Under the pieces are notes generated by a model, which saw only the letters and a program-made list of their open reading frames with translations, searched no databases and was not told the origin of the DNA. The position numbers and the translations under genes are program-made. From positions 608,001 to 672,000 of the forward strand of contig CAWAWS010000007.1 in NCBI GenBank assembly GCA_963785725.1: a stretch of 64,000 nt of DNA. The letters run 5' to 3'. Source of the stretch: an uncultured delta proteobacterium. Its GTDB lineage: Bacteria > Myxococcota_A > Polyangia > Palsa-1104. Below, one piece after another: positions 46,495 to 57,000 of the stretch. How positions within the stretch are numbered: position 1 is the first letter of the stretch; each line of letters begins with the position of its first letter.

Positions 46495-46874
46495 GCGGCG
46501 AGGCGTGGCTGCTGCTCACCGCCGTTGGCGCGGCGCCGCTGGCGGCGGTCGGCTGGCTGCGCTGGCGGCTGCGGCCGACGGCGACGAGCGCGCGCGCCGA
46601 TCGGCTGCTCGCGGACGCCGAGGCGCGGATGCGGGCGCGCGACGACGCGGCGCTGCTCGCGCTGTTGGCGGCGGCGCCGCTCGGAGACTCGGCGGTCGCG
46701 CAGAAGCTGCGTGGCGCGGCGAAGAAGCGGCGCTTCAGTGACGTGCAGCAGCATTGGGGAATGCTCTGGCCCGAGCTTGTCGGCGGTCAGCCGCGGCAGC
46801 TCGAGCTGGACGTCGCGATCGAGCTGGGCGCGGCGATCAAGGTGCTCGTCGATCGCCATCCGAAGTCGGGGTGA
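46491..46874 (+). CDS. Small membrane-anchored hypothetical protein with a non-canonical (CTG) or lost start
   Basis: The frame of track ORF 46629-46874 stays open back to CTG 46491: LSGEAWLLLTAVGAAPLAAVGWLRWRL (TM-like). Confidence 0.5.
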   Translation: MSGEAWLLLTAVGAAPLAAVGWLRWRLRPTATSARADRLLADAEARMRARDDAALLALLAAAPLGDSAVAQKLRGAAKKRRFSDVQQHWGMLWPELVGGQPRQLELDVAIELGAAIKVLVDRHPKSG

Positions 46875-47040
46875 CGCAAGTCGTCGGCGCGTCGCCGCGG
46901 TCGCGTCGTTGCGGTCGCGTCGCTTGCTGCGATGGGCGCTGCGCTGATGAATTGTCAGCCGTGGATCGACGTCGCGAAAGCCGTCAGGGCAGCGTCGGCG
47001 AGGCGTGTCCGTTATTGCGGATGAGATACAGAGACATCCG

Positions 47041-47760
47041 TTATTGCGGATGGTCGCTCTCGCGGCGGCTGAAGATCAAGAAATGTAAGGGCGGGGTCGG
47101 TTCGTGCGCGGCCACGTCGACGGTCAGCGTGCGCTCACCGGCTTGCGGATGCCAACCGCGCAGGCGGTAGCGGCCGGGAGCGAGCAGGAAGCTGAAGCGG
47201 CAATTGCCGTTGCTGAGACGCGCGAAATACGGAGTGACGAAGACCCAGCCGACGCCGTTGCGGTCGTCGACGACCTTGACGATGCCTTCGGGGAGCACGA
47301 CGCGGCCTTCGCCGGTGCTCGGTGGGACGGTCGCGAGCAGCTTGTCGTTGGCGAAGAAGCGCAGCGTCACCGGTGAGCGGACGGCGGTGGCGACGTTGGG
47401 ATGCGCGGTGCCGACGAAGGGGGCGCGCGCGAAGTCCCAGTCGATGATGTCGAGCGCGGCGGCGCTGGTCGCGGCGGGCGCGGCCGAGTGCTTGTGCGCG
47501 TGCCTGGACGGCTTCGCCGCGCCGAGCGGCTCGACGACGACGACGACGCGCGACAGGCCGCCGCTGATGTCGGTGCGGCCGCCGAGGTCGACGGGCTGGA
47601 GGTCGCAGCCGGCGTCGGCGAAGTCGGGCACGCGGCCGGTCCAGGCGACGACGCCGCGCAGGCGCGCGACCGCGGCGGCCGGCCGCTTCGCGTGGGCGCC
47701 AGCCGCGGCGGTCTCGGCCGGCAAGGCGGCGAGCAGCAGGAGGGCGAGCACGAGGCGCAC
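47041..47760 (-). CDS. Secreted protein with a carboxypeptidase-regulatory-like C-terminus
   Basis: Signal peptide; PYFA...RFSF..APGRYRLRGWHP. Confidence 0.65.
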   Translation of the reverse strand: MRLVLALLLLAALPAETAAAGAHAKRPAAAVARLRGVVAWTGRVPDFADAGCDLQPVDLGGRTDISGGLSRVVVVVEPLGAAKPSRHAHKHSAAPAATSAAALDIIDWDFARAPFVGTAHPNVATAVRSPVTLRFFANDKLLATVPPSTGEGRVVLPEGIVKVVDDRNGVGWVFVTPYFARLSNGNCRFSFLLAPGRYRLRGWHPQAGERTLTVDVAAHEPTPPLHFLIFSRRESDHPQ

Positions 47761-47879
47761 CGGCCGATTGTATTCGGCTTCGATGACTGATGCTGGACGG
47801 AATGCAGGCCGGCCCGCAACGTCGTGAGCGGCGGACGTAGGCGCGAGGTTGCCGTCGACGGCGAGCGTGGACGAAGGTT

Positions 47880-48163
47880 GACGTCATGACTGCCGCGAGC
47901 GTGGGCGCGAGGGTTGCCGTGGTGAGCGACGTCATGATCGCCGCGAGCGTGGGCGCGAGGTTGCCGTGGTGAGCGACGTCATGATCGCCGCGAGCGTGGG
48001 TGCGAGGGTTGCCGTGGTGAGCGACGTCATGATCGCCGCGAGCGCGGGCGCGAGGTTGCCGTGGTGAGCGACGTATGATCGCGGCGAGCGTGGGCGCGAG
48101 GGTTGCCGTGGTGAGCGACGTCATGATCGCGGCGAGCGCGGGCGCGAGGTTGCCGTGGTGAGC
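47880..48163. repeat. Intergenic tandem array of six 47/48-bp units
   Basis: gacgtcatgatcgccgcgagcgtgggcgcgag(g)gttgccgtggtgagc at 47880, 47928, 47975, 48023, 48070, 48117. Confidence 0.95.
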
Positions 48164-48457
48164 GGCACGCCTGGCGAAGGTTGACGTGGTGCTCGCCGAG
48201 TGTAGACGATGGTTGCCGTCGAGATCGCCGCGCCGCGCGCCGGCGATCGGTGGACTAAGGTCGCCGGATCCTGAGCTGGGGGCGAACGTCGGCGCTTCGA
48301 GACCGAGCCCGTCATAAACCGCGAGCACCGTTGCGCGCTCCACCGATGGCGGGCACGACGGAGCTCCGGCGCGCGCGGCCACCGGCCGCCCGCGCGCCTC
48401 CGCCGCAAGGCAACCACAAACGAGCGCGGGCGAGCGACTGCGATGATTGATCGGTAA

Positions 48458-49621
48458 TTAGCCGGCAGCGAGCGCGCGCGCGACCGCATCGGCCACGCTG
48501 TCGTCGCCCGGCGGCAGGCGAAACGACTCGGCCGATCCCAACGCGCGCAGCTGTCGCGCCTGCGCCGCGTCGCGCACGCCGACGACGAAGAGGTGCACGG
48601 CGGCGTCCGACGCATCCACGCGCGCCGCCAGCGCCAGCCCATCGCTCGGCTGTCGCCCGACGTCGACGATGAGCGCACGCGCCCGTCCAAGCGACAACGT
48701 GTCGGCGTCGGTCACCACGGCGCAGGCGATCGCGCGTGTCGCCAACGCCGCCACCGCCCGCTCGGCGCGGATCGGATCGAGGCAGAACAGCACGGCCTTC
48801 ACCGTCTTCACGGCCGTGGCCTTCGCCGTCGTGGCCTGCGCGGCCTTGGCGAGCGCCGCGTTTTTGGCTGCCGCAGTCTTGGCGTGCCCGACGGTTTTCG
48901 CGTGCGCCGCGTTTTTGGCCGGCGCAGTCTCGGCGAGCGCGGCGCTTTTGGCGAGCGCCGCGCTTTTGCCATGCCCCGCGGTTTTGCCGTGCGCCGCTTT
49001 GACGGACACATCCGCTTTGACGGCCGCGGTCTGCTTGCCCTCTGCTTTAGCGGACGCTGGGCGCGCGCCGCCCGGCGCCGCTGCCTTTGCGTCCGCCGCG
49101 CCCTTCACGGCCGCGCCCGCCGCGCCCTTCGCGGCTGCGCCCGCCGCGCCCTTCGCGGCCGCGCCCGCCGCGCCCTTCGCGGCTGCGACCGTCGCGCCCT
49201 TCGCGGCTGCGCCCGCCGCGCCCTTCACGGCCGTGCCCTCCGCTTTGACGGACGCCACCGCATGCGCATCCGTCAAAGCGGACACGAGCGCCTTCGGCGC
49301 CACCGCCCGAAAGCTCTCGTCGATCCACTGCTCGACCTCACGCCGCGGCACGTCCTCGGCGACGTTGAACTTCGACGTCACCCACCCGTGCTTGCCCATC
49401 CCGTAGTGCGTCGGCTCGGCATACGGCCGCTGCAACAGCTGCCGCCCCGTCGCCGGCAGCTTCACCGTCACGTACAGCTGCTTCGCATGCACGCCGCAGA
49501 AGAAGAAGATCTTGCCGCGCACCTTCACGACACGATCGCCCCACGGCGCCTCTTCATACGTCTCGGGATAGCCGAGCGCCCGCTGCCGCAGCCGCTGCGC
49601 CAGCGCCTCCAGCTGCTTCAT
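48458..49621 (-). CDS. MmcQ/YjbR family protein fused to a Lys/Ala-rich linker and a receiver-like C-terminus
   Basis: PETYEEAPWGDRVVKVRGKIF, YGMGKHGWV, WIDESFRAVAPK; AAKGAAGA repeats; ALIVDV...DGLAL; ATGA overlap with gndA. Confidence 0.8.
   Translation of the reverse strand: MKQLEALAQRLRQRALGYPETYEEAPWGDRVVKVRGKIFFFCGVHAKQLYVTVKLPATGRQLLQRPYAEPTHYGMGKHGWVTSKFNVAEDVPRREVEQWIDESFRAVAPKALVSALTDAHAVASVKAEGTAVKGAAGAAAKGATVAAAKGAAGAAAKGAAGAAAKGAAGAAVKGAADAKAAAPGGARPASAKAEGKQTAAVKADVSVKAAHGKTAGHGKSAALAKSAALAETAPAKNAAHAKTVGHAKTAAAKNAALAKAAQATTAKATAVKTVKAVLFCLDPIRAERAVAALATRAIACAVVTDADTLSLGRARALIVDVGRQPSDGLALAARVDASDAAVHLFVVGVRDAAQARQLRALGSAESFRLPPGDDSVADAVARALAAG
49093..49236 (-). repeat. In-frame 24-bp repeat x6 (AAKGAAGA)
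   Basis: ccgccgcgcccttc(g/a)cggc(c/t)gcgc units on the + strand. Confidence 0.9.
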
Positions 49622-51027
49622 TCGTTCCAGTTCGTATGGAACGTGCCCTCGCGATCGAAGCGCTGATACGTGTGCGCGCCGAAGAAGTCGCGCTGCGCCT
49701 GAATCAGCGACGCCGGCAGCCGCTCGCGACGATAGCCGTCGTAATACGACAGCGACGCCATCATCGCCGGCATCGGCAGCCCGTTCTGCACGCCGAGGCC
49801 GATCGCGCGCCGCCAGCCCGGCTGCACGTCGCCCATGTCCTTGGCGAACTGCGGGTCCAGCAACAGGTTCGGCAGATTCGGGTTGTTCTCGTAGGCGTTC
49901 TTGATCTGCCCGAGGAACTTCGCGCGGATGATGCAGCCGCCCTTCCAGATGCGCGCGATGCGGCCGAGGTGCAGATCCCATTCGTGCGTCTTCGACGCCA
50001 CGCGCAAGAGGTTCATGCCCTGCGCGTACGAGCACAGCTTGGCCGCGTACAGCGCGTGCCGCACGTCGTCGACGAGCTGCTTCTTGTCGATGAACGACGG
50101 CGCCGGCTTCGGCCCGAGCAGCACCTTCGACGCCGCGACGCGCTCCGACTTCAGCCCCGAAATGACGCGCGCATCGAGCGCCGACGCGATCGTCTGCACC
50201 GGCGCCGCCAGCTCCGCCGCCTGCTGCACCGTCCACTTGCCGGTGCCTTTGCTGCCCGACTGATCGAGGATGACATCGACCATCGGCTGCCCGGTCAAGT
50301 CGTCCTTCTTGGCCAGGATCTGCGCCGTAATCTCGATCAGGAACGACTGCAGCTCGCTCTTGTTCCAGGCCGCGAAGACGTCCGACAGCTCGCTCGGATT
50401 GAAGCCGCCGATGTTGCGCAACAGATCGTAGGCCTCGGCGATGAGCTGCATGTCGCCGTACTCGATGCCGTTGTGCACCATCTTGACGTAGTGGCCGGCG
50501 CCGCCCGGTCCCATGTAATCGACGCACGGCCCGTCGTCGACCTGCGCGGCGATCTTCGTCAAGATCGGCGCCAGCGCGTCGTACGCCGCGCGATGGCCGC
50601 CCGGCATCATCGACGGTCCCTTGCGCGCGCCCTCTTCACCGCCGGAGACGCCCATGCCGACGTAATTCAGCCCCGCCGCCTCGGCCTCTTTGGCGCGCCG
50701 CTCGGTGTTCTCGAAGAACTCGTTGCCGCCGTCGACGAGCATGTCGTCTTTCTCGAGGTGCGGCTTCAGCGCCGCGATGGTGTCGTCGACGGGCTTGCCC
50801 GCCTTGACCATCATGACGATGCGCCGCGGCCGCTCCAGCGACGCCACGAATTCCTGCGGCGACTTCGCGCCGAAGATCTTCTTGCCCGGGTTTTTCGCGA
50901 CGAACTCGTCCACTTTCTCCGTCGTGCGATTGTAGACGGCGATGGGAAAGCCTTTTTCCTCGATGTTGAGCGCCAAGTTCTCGCCCATGACTGCCAGCCC
51001 GATGAGGCCGATCTTCTGCTTTTCCAT
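49618..51027 (-). CDS. gndA: NADP-dependent 6-phosphogluconate dehydrogenase
   Basis: IGLIGLAVMGENLALN, MVKAG, VKMVHNGIEYGDMQ, KGTGKWT, QAQRDFFGAHTY. Confidence 0.97.
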   Translation of the reverse strand: MEKQKIGLIGLAVMGENLALNIEEKGFPIAVYNRTTEKVDEFVAKNPGKKIFGAKSPQEFVASLERPRRIVMMVKAGKPVDDTIAALKPHLEKDDMLVDGGNEFFENTERRAKEAEAAGLNYVGMGVSGGEEGARKGPSMMPGGHRAAYDALAPILTKIAAQVDDGPCVDYMGPGGAGHYVKMVHNGIEYGDMQLIAEAYDLLRNIGGFNPSELSDVFAAWNKSELQSFLIEITAQILAKKDDLTGQPMVDVILDQSGSKGTGKWTVQQAAELAAPVQTIASALDARVISGLKSERVAASKVLLGPKPAPSFIDKKQLVDDVRHALYAAKLCSYAQGMNLLRVASKTHEWDLHLGRIARIWKGGCIIRAKFLGQIKNAYENNPNLPNLLLDPQFAKDMGDVQPGWRRAIGLGVQNGLPMPAMMASLSYYDGYRRERLPASLIQAQRDFFGAHTYQRFDREGTFHTNWNE

Positions 51028-52607
51028 CACACGCTCCTGACGTAGGTCGCCGAAAAAGGATGCTTCGCGTCGCCGTTCCGCTTCACGCCGTGATCGGGAT
51101 TGGCCGACATGTGCTCGAGGATCTTGTACACGTGCTCGATGTCTTCGGTCTCGCCGATCGCCGTCGCCACCTCGTCGACGCTGCGCGGCTTGCCGTCGAG
51201 CGTGGCCAAGATCTTCTTCTGAATCGCCAGCACCGCCGCCGCCGCCTTCTTGCCCGCCTCGACGCCCGGCTGATGATAGGCGTTGATGTTGACGAGCTGC
51301 GCATATAGGCCGACCGCGCGTTCGTACAGCGCGATCAAGATGCCGACATTGCGCGCGTCGACCTGCGCGATCGTGATCGTAATCGACTGCCGATCGTTCT
51401 CGTACAGCGCCCGCCGCGTGCCCAAGAGGAAGCCGAGCAAGAAATCGCCCGCGCTCGTGTTCTCCTCGACCGCCAGCGACTTGCCTTTGCGATCGTGCAA
51501 GACCTCGATGAACGTCGCGAAGAAGTTGAGCACGCCCTCGCGCAGCTGCTGCACGTACGCGTGCTGATCGGTCGAGCCTTTGTTGCCGTAGACGGCGATG
51601 CCTTGATGCACGACTTTGCCGTCGAGATCCTTCTCTTTGCCGAGCGACTCCATCACCAGCTGCTGCAGGTAGCGCGAGAACAGCTCCAGGCGATCTTTAT
51701 AGGGCAAGATCACCATGTCCTTCTTGCCTTGTCCGTCGCCGGCGAAGTGCCACATGAGCGCCAGCCACGCCGCCGGGTTCTGCTTGGTCTCGCGATTGCG
51801 CGTCACGGCGTCGCAGTCTTTGGCGCCGTCGAGCAGGGCGCGGATGTCGATGCCCTGCAGCGCCGCCGGCAAGAGGCCGACCGCCGAGAGCTCGCTCGTG
51901 CGCCCGCCGATCCAGTCCCACATGGGAAAACGCGCGAGGAAGCCGCGCTCTTTGGCGTAACGGTCGAGCTCGCTGTCGGCGCCGGTGATGGCGACTGCGT
52001 GCTTGCCGAAGTCGAGCCCGGCGCGCTCGTAAGCCGCCTGCGCCTCGAGCATGCCGTTGCGCGTCTCCTTCGTGCCGCCCGACTTCGAGATGACGACGGT
52101 CAACGTCTCGTCGAGCTTGCCTTCGTAGGCGCCGAGCACGTGATCGAAGCCGTCGGGATCGGTGTTGTCGAAGAAGCGCACGCTCATGCGATCGTGGTTG
52201 GTGCCGAGCGCCGCGTGCACGAACTCGGGCCCGAGCGCCGAGCCGCCGATGCCGATGACGAGCAGCCGCTTGAGCGGCACCTTCTGCCCGGCAATTTTCC
52301 CGGCGTGCACGTCGGCCGCGAACGTCTCGATCTTCGCCAGCGTGTCTTCGATCTCGCGCTTGAGCTCGGGCGTCGGCGCCAAGCTCGCGTCGCGCAGCCA
52401 ATAATGGCCGACCATGCGTTTCTCGTCGGGATTGGCGATGGCGCCTTTCTCGATCGCCTCCATCGCCGCGTAGGCCTTCTGCATCGCCGGCTCCCACTTC
52501 GCGAGGAAGTCGGCGGGAAACTTCATGCGGCTCGGATCGAGGGTGAGCTCGATCGACGGGTTGACGTTCAGGTATTCGCGGTAGCGATCCCACAACGCGC
52601 GCGACAT
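51027..52607 (-). CDS. pgi: Glucose-6-phosphate isomerase
   Basis: [57 protein letters not shown]. Confidence 0.97.
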   Translation of the reverse strand: MSRALWDRYREYLNVNPSIELTLDPSRMKFPADFLAKWEPAMQKAYAAMEAIEKGAIANPDEKRMVGHYWLRDASLAPTPELKREIEDTLAKIETFAADVHAGKIAGQKVPLKRLLVIGIGGSALGPEFVHAALGTNHDRMSVRFFDNTDPDGFDHVLGAYEGKLDETLTVVISKSGGTKETRNGMLEAQAAYERAGLDFGKHAVAITGADSELDRYAKERGFLARFPMWDWIGGRTSELSAVGLLPAALQGIDIRALLDGAKDCDAVTRNRETKQNPAAWLALMWHFAGDGQGKKDMVILPYKDRLELFSRYLQQLVMESLGKEKDLDGKVVHQGIAVYGNKGSTDQHAYVQQLREGVLNFFATFIEVLHDRKGKSLAVEENTSAGDFLLGFLLGTRRALYENDRQSITITIAQVDARNVGILIALYERAVGLYAQLVNINAYHQPGVEAGKKAAAAVLAIQKKILATLDGKPRSVDEVATAIGETEDIEHVYKILEHMSANPDHGVKRNGDAKHPFSATYVRSV

Positions 52608-52692
52608 GTTGGCTCTCCAGTGAGGACGAACAGCATACGACAAACCGAGCGCGACCGCCTGCTCGCGCCGAAGCTGCCGCACATTCGGATGT

Positions 52693-53079
52693 TCAAACGA
52701 GGGCGGCGGTTGCGAACGGCGCCGCGAGCGCCTCGAGCAGCGCCGCCGGACGCAGCGGCTTGCGCAGGAACTGCTCGGCGCCCGCCGCCAACGCCTGCGC
52801 GCGCCACGTCGCCGACGAGTGCGCCGTCAGCATGAGCACGCGCACGTGGCGCGTCGCCCGCTCGCGCTTGAGCGCGCGCAGCGCTTGCAGACCGCTGTCG
52901 CCCGGCAGCGTCCAATCGAGCACGACCGCCGCCAAGTCGTGCGCCTCACGTTGCGCCAGCGCCACCACGCCCTGCGCGTTCGGCCGCTCGAGCACGCGCC
53001 AACCGGCCGCTCGCAACGCCTCCGCATACAGCCCACGCACCGGCGCGTGATCTTCGACGAGGATCACCGTACGCGTCAT
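52693..53079 (-). CDS. Single-domain response regulator
   Basis: [12 protein letters not shown] (phospho-Asp), LTA, KP. Confidence 0.85.
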   Translation of the reverse strand: MTRTVILVEDHAPVRGLYAEALRAAGWRVLERPNAQGVVALAQREAHDLAAVVLDWTLPGDSGLQALRALKRERATRHVRVLMLTAHSSATWRAQALAAGAEQFLRKPLRPAALLEALAAPFATAALV

Positions 53080-53153
53080 TGCGTCAATGTCTTAAGCGCG
53101 ACGGCGAGCGCGGCAAGCTATGTTATCTTGGTGGTGGGCGGCGGAGGATCTAC

Positions 53154-53549
53154 GTGAGCGCGAGTCGTGAGCAGCTGGGGCGTCCGTTGGTGCTGGTCGT
53201 CGACGACGATCAGACCGTGCAGGAAGCCGTGCGCGAAGAGCTCGACAGCCGCGACTACGAGGTCGTGGTCGCCAGCGACGGTGAAGCGGCGACGCGCCTG
53301 TTGGCCGCGATCCATCCGGACGTGCTCGTGCTCGATCTGCGGCTTCCGCAAGTGTCGGGTCCGATGGTCGCCGCCGGCTTGAACATGCTGCCCGATCGCC
53401 CGCAGGTGCTCATCTGCTCGGCGGTTCCGTATGCGCCCGAGATCGCCAGCGACATCGGCGCCGACGGGGTGCTGTTGAAGCCGTTCGTGCGCGCCGATTT
53501 GCGCGCCGAGATCGAGCGGCTCGTCGCCAAAGCGCGCGCGCAAGCTTAG
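53154..53549 (+). CDS. Single-domain response regulator
   Basis: VVDDD, LDLRLP, CSA, KPF; GGAGG RBS. Confidence 0.85.
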   Translation: MSASREQLGRPLVLVVDDDQTVQEAVREELDSRDYEVVVASDGEAATRLLAAIHPDVLVLDLRLPQVSGPMVAAGLNMLPDRPQVLICSAVPYAPEIASDIGADGVLLKPFVRADLRAEIERLVAKARAQA

Positions 53550-53614
53550 CGCCGCGCGCTGCACGAAGTCGCGCCTGATTCGTCGGTCGCCACCAAGCCG
53601 CGACGTCGCGGACG

Positions 53615-53938
53615 CTAATGGAGCCGCGAGCGCAGCTGGGGAATGCTGTCATGCGGCGGCGCCAAGCCGGCGACGTGCACGCCCAGCTTCGGCCGGAGCG
53701 CCAACAAGCGACGGCGCAGCTGCGACGCCGCGCCCGCCGTCAGCGCCAACACCGCCAACGTCACGTTGGCGGCGCGCGCACAGCGCAATCCATCGCGCGC
53801 ACCGACGGCAGTGACCACTGCATAGCCGCGCAACGTGAACAGCTCCGCGTAAATCTCCAGCGCCAAAGGGTCGTCGGCAACGATCAAAACCGACGCGCGA
53901 CGCGTCGCTCGTAATCGCTTCCGATGTTGAATTGTCAC
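53615..53938 (-). CDS. Degenerate receiver-domain protein
   Basis: VLIVADD...IYAELFTLRGYAV; the phospho-Asp position reads LAL and there is no KP. Confidence 0.5.
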   Translation of the reverse strand: MTIQHRKRLRATRRASVLIVADDPLALEIYAELFTLRGYAVVTAVGARDGLRCARAANVTLAVLALTAGAASQLRRRLLALRPKLGVHVAGLAPPHDSIPQLRSRLH

Positions 53939-54023
53939 GCTATCGGGATAGGCACCGACGACGATGCCGACAAGCCCGTGTTTGTCGCTTGAACATCTGC
54001 GCAGTGCGATCAATACATATTTC

Positions 54024-57000
54024 GTGCTCGATCGCTTTCACCCCGCGGTCTCGACGTGGTTCCGCGAGCGTTTCGGCGCGCCCACCGAAGCGCAGTCGCG
54101 CGGCTGGGCCGAGATCGCGTCCGGCCGCGACACGCTCATCATGGCGCCGACCGGATCGGGCAAGACGTTGGCCGCGTTCTTGGCCGGCATCGACGCGCTC
54201 GTCCGTCGCGCCGTCGCCGGCGCGCTCGACGACAAGACGCGCATCATCTATGTCTCGCCGTTGAAGGCGCTGGGAGCCGACGTCGAGCGCAACTTGGAGG
54301 CGCCGCTGCGCGGCATCGAGACGACGGCGATGCGGCTCGGCACGTTGGTGCCGCCGATTCGCACGGCGCTGCGCACGGGCGACACGTCGCAGACCGATCG
54401 CGCGCGCATCATCCGCAAGCCGCCGCATGTGCTGATGACGACGCCCGAGTCGCTCTATCTGCTGCTGACGTCGGACAAAGGGCGCGGCGTGCTGGCGGGC
54501 GCGGAGACGATCATCCTCGACGAGATTCACGCGCTCGTCGGCAACAAACGCGGCGCGCACTTGGCGCTGTCGCTGGAGCGGCTCGACGCGCTGGCGGGCA
54601 AGCGGCTGACGCGCATCGGCCTGTCGGCGACGGTGCAAGCGGTCGACGACGTGGCCCGCTTTCTCGTCGGCGCCGACGAGAAAGGCGCGACCCGGCCCTG
54701 TCGCGTCGTCGACGCCGGGCGCAAGCAGCCGCTCGACGTCGCCGTCGAAGTGCCGGAGGAGCCGCTCGGCGCCGTCGCCTCGCGCTCGATGTGGAAGGAC
54801 GTGCATACGCGGCTGTGCACGCTGATTCACGAGCACAAGACGACGCTGATCTTCGTGCCCAGCCGTCGCTTGTGTGAGCGCGTGGCGCACGATCTCGAGG
54901 AGCTGCTCGGCAAGCAAATGGTGGCGGCGCATCACGGCGCGCTGGCCAAGCGGACGCGGCTCGGCGTCGAGCGGCGGCTGCAGTCGGGGCAGCTGCGCGC
55001 GGTGGTGGCCACGGCGTCGCTCGAGCTCGGTATCGACATCGGCGACGTCGAGCTCGTCTGTCAGCTGGGCTCGCCGCGCGCCATCGCCGTCTTGCGCCAG
55101 CGTATCGGTCGCGCCCATCACAGCGTCGGGGGAACCCCCAAGGGGCGCATCTTCGCCATGACGCGCGACGAGCTCGTCGAGTGCGCGGCGGCGACGCGGG
55201 CGATGGTGTCGGGCGCGATGGATCGGCACGTCGATCGCCCGGCGCCCCTCGACGTTCTGTCGCAGCAGCTGGTGGCCGCGGCGTCGACGGGCGACTTCGG
55301 CGTCGACGCGCTGTTCGCGCTCGTGCGCGGCGCCGCGCCCTATGCGCAGTTGCCGCGCGGCGAATTCGACGCCGTCCTCGACATGCTCGGCGACGGCATC
55401 GCCACGCGCCGCGGTCGCTCGGGCGCGCACTTGCACCTCGATCGCGTCAACGGTCGCGTGCGCGGCCGGCGCGGCGCCAAGCTGGCGGCGCTGACGTCGG
55501 GCGGCGCCATCCCCGACAAGGCCGACTACACCGTCGTCGAAGATCCGACGGAAGCGGTCGTCGGCACGCTCGACGAAGACTTCGCGATCGAGTCGATGGC
55601 GGGCGACATCTTCCTGCTCGGCTCGCACTCCTGGCGCATTCGCCGCGTCGAGAACGGCGTCGTGCGCGTCGAGGACGCCAACGGCCTGCCGCCGTCGGTG
55701 CCGTTCTGGAACGGCGAGGGCTTGGCGCGCACGGGCGAGCTGTCGGCGGAGGTGGCGCGGCTGCGCGAAGAGCTGATGGCGCGGCCGGCCGCGGAAGCGC
55801 TGGCGCTCTTGGCCAACGACTGCAAATTGTCGCGCGGCGGCGCCGAGCAGGCCTTGGCCTACGTCGTCGAAGGCGCGCAGGCGCTCGGCGGCGTGCCGTC
55901 GCAGACCTGCGTCATCGCCGAGCGCTTCTTCGACGACGCCGGCGGCATGCAGCTCGTCATTCACGCCCCGTTCGGCGCCCGCATCAACCGCGCGTGGGGC
56001 CTCGGTCTACGCAAGAAGTTCTGTCGCGCCTTCGACTTCGAGCTGCAAGCGGCCGCCTCCGATGACGCGATCTTGTTGTCGCTCGGCCCGCAGCATTCGT
56101 TCCCGCTCGACTCCATCTTCGGCTTCTTGAGCCCGGCGGTGGTCGAGGAGACGCTGGTGCAAGCGGCCCTGCAGTCGCCGATGTGGGAGACGCGCTGGCG
56201 CTGGAACGCGACGCGCGCGCTGGCGGTGCTGCGCTTCACGCAAGGCCGGCGCACGCCGCCTCCGTTATTGCGGATGCGGGCGCAAGATCTGATGGCCTCG
56301 GTATTTCCCGAGGCCGCCGGCTGCCAAGACAACCACGGCGGCGTCATTCGCGAGGACATGGCGCTGCCCGAGCATCCGCTGGTGCTCGAGACGGTCCGCG
56401 ACTGCCTGCAAGAGGCGATGGACTGCGACGGTCTCATCGGCGTGCTCGAACGCATGCGCGACGGGCAGATCCAATGTCTGGCGCGCGACACGGTGGCGCC
56501 GTCGCCGTGGGCGCACGCCATCTTGAACGCCATGCCCTACACGTTCCTCGACGACGCGCCGCTCGAGGAGCGCCGCTCGCGCGCGGTCGGGACGCGGCGG
56601 ACCAAGGGCGATCTCGGCATCGTCGACCGTTCGGCGATCGCATCCGTCATCGCGGAGGCGGCGCCCGATCCGCGCGATCCCGACGAGCTGCACGATCTGT
56701 TGTGCACGATGATCGCGCTGCGACCGATCGATCGTTGGCGCGACTGGTTCGACGCGCTCGTCGCCGCCGGCCGCGCGTCGCCGTTTCGCGGCCGCTGGGT
56801 CGCGACCGAGCGCCGCGCCGTCGCCGAAGCGGCGTGGGCCGACGACGACGCGGCGACGACCGCGCTCGTCGGCGGCTACCTCCTGTCGAGCGGTCCGCTG
56901 ACCGTATCCGCGATAGCGGACGCGCTCGAGCTGCCGTCCGCTAAAGTGGACGTGGCGCTGGCGCGGCTCGAAGCCGACGGTCGGGTGCTGCAAGGTCACT

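Noticed and set aside
47880..48163. Possible CRISPR array
   Set aside because: Units are contiguous with no unique spacers, and there are no cas genes in the window.
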